Positions 7,826-13,911 of a stretch of 24,111 nucleotides of DNA are shown here, piece by piece (the stretch's first letter is position 1; every line of letters begins with the position of its first letter). Both the position numbers and the translations under genes were made by a program. This DNA is from a bacterium (lineage in GTDB: Bacteria > UBA6262 > WVXT01), in NCBI GenBank assembly GCA_046759165.1, contig JBHIBS010000024.1, positions 1 to 24,111 on the forward strand. Reading direction: 5' to 3'. The notes under the pieces are model-generated. The model did not search any database, was not told the origin of the DNA, and worked only from the letters and a program-made list of their open reading frames with translations.

Positions 7826-8572
7826 TTAGCCTTCTAGCAATTCCTTAAATCTTAGAGCGTTCTTTACGGCAAATCCATAAGCATCATTATTAAAGTAGGC
7901 ATATATATCTTTTCTTTTTTCCATCCAATGTTTAGCCTTGGAAGCCCACTTTCTAAGTTCTTCCTCCGAATAGTTGGAACCATAAAGAATCTCTCCCCCA
8001 TGAAAACGGAAATAGATGAAATCGGAAGTGGAAAGCTCCTCACGAGGCCAGCGCTTGGAATGGGCAATACACAATGAGAAGCCATACTTTCTCAATATAC
8101 CGTATATCTCTTTACAGAACCAGCTTGGGTGTCGGAACTCGAAACAGTGGCGGGTCGACCTGGAAACCCTGAGGCGGTGGATGATCCTACAGAATATCTC
8201 CAGTTTCTCCCGATTGGCATGCAGGTTGGGAGGTAATTGCCACAACACCACCCGGAGCTTTTCTTTTAAGCCTTCGACATTATTGAAAAATACCTTCAGA
8301 GGCTCTTCGCAGTCCTTTAGCTTCTTGATATGGGTGATGAAACGGCTCCCTTTAACTACAAATGTGAAGTTCTCTGGGGTTCTCTTTCGCCATCCTTCAA
8401 AAATGCTCTTCTTGGGTAGCCTGTAGAAAGAGACATTTAGCTCGACTGTATCGAAGATACTGGTGTAATGTTCCAACCACTTCCTTTCCGGAAGACCTCT
8501 GGGGTAAAAAACACCATCTGACCAATGGGGGTAGCTATATCCGCTTGTGCCAATAAATGTGTTAATTGCCAT
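7826..8572 (-). CDS. DUF72 (YecE-like) TIM-barrel protein
   Basis: IGTSGYSYPHW, VELNVSFY, WQLPP, EFRHPSW, YFRFHG, YFNND motifs; ATG at 8572 with SD, since the promoter -10 overlaps the longer track start. Confidence 0.93.
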   Translation of the reverse strand: MAINTFIGTSGYSYPHWSDGVFYPRGLPERKWLEHYTSIFDTVELNVSFYRLPKKSIFEGWRKRTPENFTFVVKGSRFITHIKKLKDCEEPLKVFFNNVEGLKEKLRVVLWQLPPNLHANREKLEIFCRIIHRLRVSRSTRHCFEFRHPSWFCKEIYGILRKYGFSLCIAHSKRWPREELSTSDFIYFRFHGGEILYGSNYSEEELRKWASKAKHWMEKRKDIYAYFNNDAYGFAVKNALRFKELLEG

Positions 8573-8595
8573 CCGGTTTCTCCTTCCGGTTTTCA

Positions 8596-8624
8596 ATTAT
8601 ATATGAGTATCCCTCCCAAGTCAA
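8596..8624 (-). promoter_or_regulatory. Sigma70-type promoter for the DUF72 gene
   Basis: Minus strand TTGACT (8624-8619), 17 nt, TATAAT (8601-8596). Confidence 0.8.
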
Positions 8625-8672
8625 GATGCGAGGAGAAAAAGCAAAGATCGAGGGTTCTTTTGGCCGCGGTTG

Positions 8673-8701
8673 TTGAAATTTTGTTAATTATTTGGTATTC
8701 T
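8673..8701 (+). promoter_or_regulatory. Sigma70-type promoter for the small hypothetical gene
   Basis: TTGAAA (8673-78), 17 nt, TATTCT (8696-8701), with extended TG. Confidence 0.6.
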
Positions 8702-8807
8702 AAAGTTCAGGATTCGATTTTGAATTAAAAGATAGTTTGTTGATTGCTGAGAAATTCTTTACGCCAGAAAGCGCGTCAGTTTAAATAATGAAGGGAGGTT
8801 TAGCAGG

Positions 8808-9053
8808 ATGGCCGAGGAGAAGAAGGAAGCCCTGCCTGAAGAGGTTAAAGGAGCCGCTGGTGAGAAGAAGGAAGAGACCCCTCCTAAGCCCAAGAAGAGA
8901 GAGAAGATAGGAAAACTTACTCTGGAGGAGGTAGAAGAGAAACTGAAATCCGTTCAGGCTATCATGGGAGGGACTTCTTCAAAGTATGCTCAACATCTTC
9001 TTCAGAGGAGAGAAGAGCTACTTCAGAAGAAGAGAGCAGAAGAGATGAAATAA
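8808..9053 (+). CDS. Small highly charged hypothetical protein
   Basis: 81 aa; strong GGGAGGT SD; purine-rich coding bias; disordered N-terminus then helix-GG-helix. Confidence 0.8.
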   Translation: MAEEKKEALPEEVKGAAGEKKEETPPKPKKREKIGKLTLEEVEEKLKSVQAIMGGTSSKYAQHLLQRREELLQKKRAEEMK

Positions 9054-9091
9054 ATCTCCTCTTTAAATGAAGTGATGAAGTGATATGATTG

Positions 9092-9272
9092 AAGAGGAAG
9101 TTTGTTCGTCACTGGCAATTTTTCTAACGCTGTGCGAGCCATCTCTCCACGCATGCAAAAGCAAACTCGTCTCGACTGCGTCGGGAGGCAGACAAGCTTT
9201 TGCTTAATTAGAGATATAGCCAAGACGGCTCCCTCGCTAAAAATTGCAATTTTCCTCACAAACTGTCCTCTT
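9092..9272. repeat. Large nested palindromic intergenic element (REP/MITE-like or structured ncRNA)
   Basis: AAGAGGAAGTTTGT/ACAAACTGTCCTCTT outer arms, then GCAATTTTT/AAAAATTGC, GAGCC/GGCTC, ATCTCT/AGAGAT, GCAAAAGC/GCTTTTGC, CTCGAC-TGC-GTCGGG. Confidence 0.7.
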
Positions 9273-9308
9273 TAAACGTTTTTTATATTTGGCTCACCCG
9301 AAGGAGTG

Positions 9309-9337
9309 TCGACTTTCTCAGGGGCGTGTATTAGAAT
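9309..9337 (+). promoter_or_regulatory. Possible promoter of the DUF488-kptA-nth cluster
   Basis: TCGACT (9309-14), 17 nt, TAGAAT (9332-37). Confidence 0.4.
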
Positions 9338-9372
9338 ATCTTTTACTAAAATAAGAGGTATTGGCGCTCGAT

Positions 9373-9786
9373 ATGACCAAAGGAGCAAAGAAAAGAGTTA
9401 TCTATACTATAGGTTCAGCCGACAGGTCTCAGGATGATTTCCTCAAGACTTTAAGGGCCCATGGAGTAAAGACTTTATTTGATGTGAGGAGGTTCCCCAC
9501 CAGTAAATATGAACATTTCAAAAGGGAAAATCTCGATATGATTCTTTTCTCCTCAGAAATTGAATATGTCTATATGGGAAAGGAGCTGGGCGGGTTTCGT
9601 AAGGCTGGCTATGAAGCCTATATTAAGACGAAAGAGTATAAACAGGCTCTGAAGTCCCTCCAGAAAGTAGCAAAGAGAAGCCCTGCTGTAATAATGTGCT
9701 GTGAGAAGTTGCCAGCTGGATGCCACAGAAGATATATTAGCCAGAGCCTGAAGAAGCTCGGCTGGAAAGTAGTCGATATAATATAA
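9373..9786 (+). CDS. DUF488 family protein
   Basis: IYTIG, DVRRFPTS, LGGFR, IMCCE...CHRRYI motifs; start could be TTG 9361 or ATG 9373. Confidence 0.88.
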   Translation: MTKGAKKRVIYTIGSADRSQDDFLKTLRAHGVKTLFDVRRFPTSKYEHFKRENLDMILFSSEIEYVYMGKELGGFRKAGYEAYIKTKEYKQALKSLQKVAKRSPAVIMCCEKLPAGCHRRYISQSLKKLGWKVVDII

Positions 9787-9812
9787 CCCCCTTCACCTTA
9801 CTTGGTTTGCTT

Positions 9813-10376
9813 ATGGAGAAGAGAACAACGGTAGAATTATCGAAACTGATTTCCTATATCCTTAGGCACCATCCCCAAAAGTATGGTCTGAGTCTGGATA
9901 GGTATGGATTCGCCAAATTGAAGGAGGTGGTGAGAGCCATCAGCCAGAAGAAGAAATGGGTGGGCGAAGAGGATATAAGGAGGGTAGTGGAAGAATCGGG
10001 AAAGAAGAGATTTGAGATAAGGGAAAATAAGATAAGAGCTACTTACGGTCACACTATAGAAGTTGAACAGATAAGTCTCGAAGTTGAACCGCCGGAGGTC
10101 CTCTTCCACGGCACATCGAGAAGAAAAGTGGAAGCTATTCTAAAAGACGGATTGCAACCTATGAAACGGCAATATGTCCATTTGTGCCAGACTGAACAGG
10201 AAGCGTACCGAGTAGGTAGACGCAAAGACACAAATCCAGTGATTCTCCAAATCAGGGCAAGGGATGCCTTTTGCGAGGGAATAAAGTTCAGAAGGTGCGG
10301 TAGTGTCTACATTGCTAAAGAGATTCCGGGGAAGTTCATTAAGCAAAATTGGGCGGGAGACCATTCTGAAGAATAA
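9813..10376 (+). CDS. kptA: RNA 2'-phosphotransferase (Tpt1/KptA family)
   Basis: LSKLISYILRH, KKRFE, IRATYGHT, LFHGT, MKRQYVHL motifs. Confidence 0.95.
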   Translation: MEKRTTVELSKLISYILRHHPQKYGLSLDRYGFAKLKEVVRAISQKKKWVGEEDIRRVVEESGKKRFEIRENKIRATYGHTIEVEQISLEVEPPEVLFHGTSRRKVEAILKDGLQPMKRQYVHLCQTEQEAYRVGRRKDTNPVILQIRARDAFCEGIKFRRCGSVYIAKEIPGKFIKQNWAGDHSEE

Positions 10377-11046
10377 AGTATCAAAGATTATAACTCTCTT
10401 AGAAGGAGAGTATGGAACGCCCGAGTTCGACAGTTTTGACGACCCATTAGATGAATTGATAGTTACTCTTCTTTCTCAGAATACTACTTGGCAGAATTGC
10501 AGGACAGCTTTCGATAATCTGAAAAGAAGATTTAGGACTTGGGATAGAGTCAGAAAAGCAAAGACGGAAGAGATTACTGATGCGATAAAGTGCGGAGGTC
10601 TGGGAAAGGTTAAGGGGGGAAGGATTAAGAGCCTACTCGATTTTCTTTATCGGAGGAGAAAATCTTTGAGCCTCAACTTCTTAAAGAGGATGGGTACTGG
10701 GGAGGCTTTGGAATTTTTAAGCGGGTTGAAAGGAGTCGGACCAAAAACCCGAGCCTGTGTTCTACTCTTTTCTTTGAAAAGACCTGTTCTGCCTGTAGAC
10801 ACTCATATTCTGAGGGTGAGTAAGAGGCTCGGGCTTATTGACTCACAGGCTAATTTAGTTAAAGCACATGAACTCCTGGGCAGGATTGTTCCGGAGAACA
10901 GGGTTCTCTCTTTTCACATAAATTTGATTCAGCATGGGAGGAGAATCTGCAGACCGCTCAATCCTAAATGCGACGAGTGTGTGCTTAAATCTCTGGGATG
11001 TCAAGCAAGAGTTCAACCTACTACACTTCGCAATTCTAAAAATTAA
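10363..11046 (+). CDS. nth: Endonuclease III (HhH-GPD DNA glycosylase/AP lyase) with 4Fe-4S motif
   Basis: LLSQNT; HhH LKGVGPKT with catalytic Lys; PVDTH with catalytic Asp; C-X6-C-X2-C-X6-C; start uncertain (GTG 10303 or ATT/CTG 10363/10366). Confidence 0.88.
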   Translation: MLKNKVSKIITLLEGEYGTPEFDSFDDPLDELIVTLLSQNTTWQNCRTAFDNLKRRFRTWDRVRKAKTEEITDAIKCGGLGKVKGGRIKSLLDFLYRRRKSLSLNFLKRMGTGEALEFLSGLKGVGPKTRACVLLFSLKRPVLPVDTHILRVSKRLGLIDSQANLVKAHELLGRIVPENRVLSFHINLIQHGRRICRPLNPKCDECVLKSLGCQARVQPTTLRNSKN

Positions 11047-11148
11047 ACGATAGTTTGTCAAGGGCAATGCCTTGCCTATAAAGGAATGCTCCTCAATGCC
11101 CGAAGGGAATATTTTGTTCCGGAATTACAATCGGAGAGGTGAATATCT

Positions 11149-11430
11149 TTGCCAAAGGTTAGAGCTCATGTCTGGATAGAGGGATTTGTTCAGGGAGTCT
11201 TCTTCCGCAGTTATACTCGTGACAGAGCGATAAGCTGGAGAATCAAAGGTTGGGTGAGGAATTGTCCAGATGGTCGGGTTGAAGCTGTTTTTGAAGGGGA
11301 TAAAGAGGCTGTGGAAAGAATTATCCAATGGTGCTATCGGGGTCCTGCTGGGGCAGAAGTTAAGGACGTTCAAGTCGAATGGGAAGAATATACTGGAGAA
11401 TTTGACACTTTCTCAATCAGATATTTTTAG
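11149..11430 (+). CDS. acyP: Acylphosphatase
   Basis: VQGVFFR, GWVRN, GRVEAVFEG, GPAGAEV; TTG start with GAGGTG SD. Confidence 0.95.
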   Translation: MPKVRAHVWIEGFVQGVFFRSYTRDRAISWRIKGWVRNCPDGRVEAVFEGDKEAVERIIQWCYRGPAGAEVKDVQVEWEEYTGEFDTFSIRYF

Positions 11431-11438
11431 GGGGAGAT

Positions 11439-12230
11439 TTGAAGAAAAAGGAAAGCAGGTGCAATCGGATAATATTCCTGGGAACAGGCGGGGCAAGGGT
11501 TGTCGTGTTTAAACAGATTAGAGCTTCTGGCGGAATATGGTTCTCTATGGATGGAACGCAGTTCCTCTTAGACCCTGGCCCGGGTGCTCTCATTCGGTCT
11601 TTAGAGAAAGGTCTCAAGCCAAAAAGTCTGGAAGGGATTATCCTTTCTCATAGACATCTCGACCATTCAGCAGACATAAATGTCATGATAGAGGCAATGA
11701 CAGAGGGAGGTTTTGCCAAAAAGGGAGTTGTATTTGCTCCTGGAGATGCTTTCGCAGAGGACCCCGTTATATTCAGATATGTTAGAAATTATCTGGAGAA
11801 AGTAGAGATACTTGAGGTTGGGAAAAAGTACAGAATAGGGAATGTATCCTTTGAATCTCCGGTAAAGCATATCCATGGTAATGCAGAAACTTATGGCTTC
11901 AATTTTCATACTTCTAAATGTGAAATCTCCTATCTGTCTGATACTCGCTTCTTTCCCGAGCTAATCGATCACTACAAGAGCGACCTTCTAATTGTCAATG
12001 TGGTAAGGCTTGAAGCTAGCAATCTGGACCACCTGTGTATGGAGGATGTTAAAAGGATAGTTATGGAATGTAAGCCGAGGGTCGCTATCCTCACCCATTT
12101 TGGAATGACTCTCCTGAGAGCCAATCCCTGGAAGCAGGCTAAGAGCATCGAAGATTCTACAGGAATTAAAGTAGTAGTGACAAAGGATGGAATGGTGTTC
12201 GATACGGACAACATGGAAGTTTCCTCCTGA
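11439..12230 (+). CDS. MBL-fold metallo-hydrolase (RNase Z/PhnP-like)
   Basis: FLGTGG, DPGPG, SHRHLDH, HIHG, SDT, HL and THFG motifs. Confidence 0.9.
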   Translation: MKKKESRCNRIIFLGTGGARVVVFKQIRASGGIWFSMDGTQFLLDPGPGALIRSLEKGLKPKSLEGIILSHRHLDHSADINVMIEAMTEGGFAKKGVVFAPGDAFAEDPVIFRYVRNYLEKVEILEVGKKYRIGNVSFESPVKHIHGNAETYGFNFHTSKCEISYLSDTRFFPELIDHYKSDLLIVNVVRLEASNLDHLCMEDVKRIVMECKPRVAILTHFGMTLLRANPWKQAKSIEDSTGIKVVVTKDGMVFDTDNMEVSS

Positions 12231-12271
12231 TAGAAGCACATGAACTTAATACAACAGCTCAAGATGAGGAT

Positions 12272-12877
12272 ATGAACTACAGAGATCCTAAGGAATCGAT
12301 AAGGCAAAAGATTTGGAGACTTTTGGAGGAGAAGAATATTGCCGCCTTTCCCAGGCCATGTTTTAACCGAATTCCAAATTTCATTGGTTCCTGGGTTGCC
12401 TCGGAGAGGATAAAGCAGATTCTTGAATTTAACTCCAGTAGATGTGTTTTCTGTGCTCCAGATTTCGTTTTGAAGAGGGTAAGGGAGATAGTTCTTGAAA
12501 GCAATAAAGTTCTGGCAGTGGCTCTACCCCATATGGTCGATTTTCTGCAGATTTCGGAGAAAAGGAATATTAAGCAGGCAACCATCATAAAAGGCTTCAA
12601 GAGATATGGTGTTCCACTTAAGACAGAAGTAGAGCTCTTTGTTGAGGGAAGCGTTGCAGTAGACAGGAGGGGAAATCGATTAGGAAAAGGTAGAGGTTAT
12701 GGAGATAGAGAATGGTTCTATTTGCTTGAGAATAATCTTCTCCGGCCAGAAGTCAAAGTTGTTACTCTCGTTCACGACGAACAGATTGTTAAAGATTTTT
12801 CTGACCTTACGACTGGAGCCGATAAGAAGGTAGATTATATTTTGACCCCCACCGCCATAATTAAGATAGATAATTAA
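12272..12877 (+). CDS. 5-formyltetrahydrofolate cyclo-ligase-like protein (archaeal/COG0212-type)
   Basis: FPRP..RIPNFIGS, GSVAVD..GNRLGKGRGYGDRE, TLVHDEQI, DYILTP motifs. Confidence 0.85.
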   Translation: MNYRDPKESIRQKIWRLLEEKNIAAFPRPCFNRIPNFIGSWVASERIKQILEFNSSRCVFCAPDFVLKRVREIVLESNKVLAVALPHMVDFLQISEKRNIKQATIIKGFKRYGVPLKTEVELFVEGSVAVDRRGNRLGKGRGYGDREWFYLLENNLLRPEVKVVTLVHDEQIVKDFSDLTTGADKKVDYILTPTAIIKIDN

Positions 12878-12892
12878 TAAGTTAAAAATGGC

Positions 12893-12923
12893 TTGACAGA
12901 TGCCGAACAATATTTAATATAAT
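12893..12923 (+). promoter_or_regulatory. Probable promoter of htpX
   Basis: TTGACA (12893-98) followed by TAATAT (16-nt spacer) or TATAAT (19-nt spacer). Confidence 0.55.
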
Positions 12924-13020
12924 GAAATTAGCTTGTACAGATTAAATGTGTACCTACAACCATTATTTATATAGGGACAATTTCAAATTGTGCAGGTAAA
13001 TTCCCCAGGAGGTGGTAAAT

Positions 13021-13863
13021 ATGTTAAATCAGATGAAGACCTTTATTCTAATGTTAGCCCTGACTTTAGTTTTGATCTGGGTGGGAAACCTTGTCGGCGG
13101 AAGGCAGGGGATGATTTTTGCGTTCATAATCGCAGCTGGGATGAACTTCATAAGCTACTGGTACTCTGATAAGATTGTTTTAGCCATGTATAGGGCTCAG
13201 CCTTTAACAGAGGATGATATGCCTCAACTTTATCGCCATGTAAGCGTTCTTACCCAGAAATCTGGATTGCCCATGCCAAAACTCTACCTTATTCCACATC
13301 CCGCTCCCAATGCCTTTGCCACCGGGAGAAATCCCCAGCACGCTGCAGTGGCAGTAACTGAAGGTATATTGCGGGTCCTGGATGAGGAGGAACTGGCAGG
13401 AGTAATCGGGCATGAGCTGGCTCACGTAAGAAACCGAGATATCCTGATTCAGACTGTGGCAGCCACTATTGCTGGAGCAGTAATGATTTTGGCATTCATT
13501 GCGCGCTGGGCAGTGATCTTTAGAGGGTACGGTTCCAGGGAAGATAAGGGAGGAGGGGCAATAGGGCTTCTAGTTGCTGCAATTGTAGCACCAGTGGCTG
13601 CTATGATAATTCAGATGGCGATTTCTCGCTCCCGCGAATACCTGGCTGACAGGGGAAGTGCTCTGGTAACAGGTAATCCTCTTGGCCTGGCTAGAGCACT
13701 CAGGAAGCTGGAAGCCAGTGCAAGCCAGAGGAGATTACCCGCCCACCAGTCCACCGCACACATGTTTACTGTCAATCCTTTGAGAGGCGGAGGGCTTGCA
13801 GTTCTCTTCTCCACTCACCCCCCTATCCAGAAAAGAATTGAGAGATTAGAGAAAATGGCATGA
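13021..13863 (+). CDS. htpX: Zinc metalloprotease HtpX (M48 family)
   Basis: PNAFATGRNP, HELAH, ISRSREYLAD, FSTHPP; AGGAGGTGG SD. Confidence 0.96.
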   Translation: MLNQMKTFILMLALTLVLIWVGNLVGGRQGMIFAFIIAAGMNFISYWYSDKIVLAMYRAQPLTEDDMPQLYRHVSVLTQKSGLPMPKLYLIPHPAPNAFATGRNPQHAAVAVTEGILRVLDEEELAGVIGHELAHVRNRDILIQTVAATIAGAVMILAFIARWAVIFRGYGSREDKGGGAIGLLVAAIVAPVAAMIIQMAISRSREYLADRGSALVTGNPLGLARALRKLEASASQRRLPAHQSTAHMFTVNPLRGGGLAVLFSTHPPIQKRIERLEKMA

Positions 13864-13911
13864 GGGGAGATCTAAGGGTCTCCAATACGATTGTCTTTAA
13901 AGGAATTATCA

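Noticed and set aside
9023-9259. 78-aa minus-strand ORF
   Set aside because: Coincides with the palindromic element, has atypical composition and shows no protein motif
11060-11125. Small hairpins between nth and acyP (GGGCAA-TGCC-TTGCCT; GGAATA-TTT-TGTTCC)
   Set aside because: Stems are short with no U-tract; cannot be told apart from chance or a decayed repeat
12926-12955. CIRCE (HrcA) element before htpX
   Set aside because: Only TTAGC matches; the TTAGCACTC-N9-GAGTGCTAA repeat is not present
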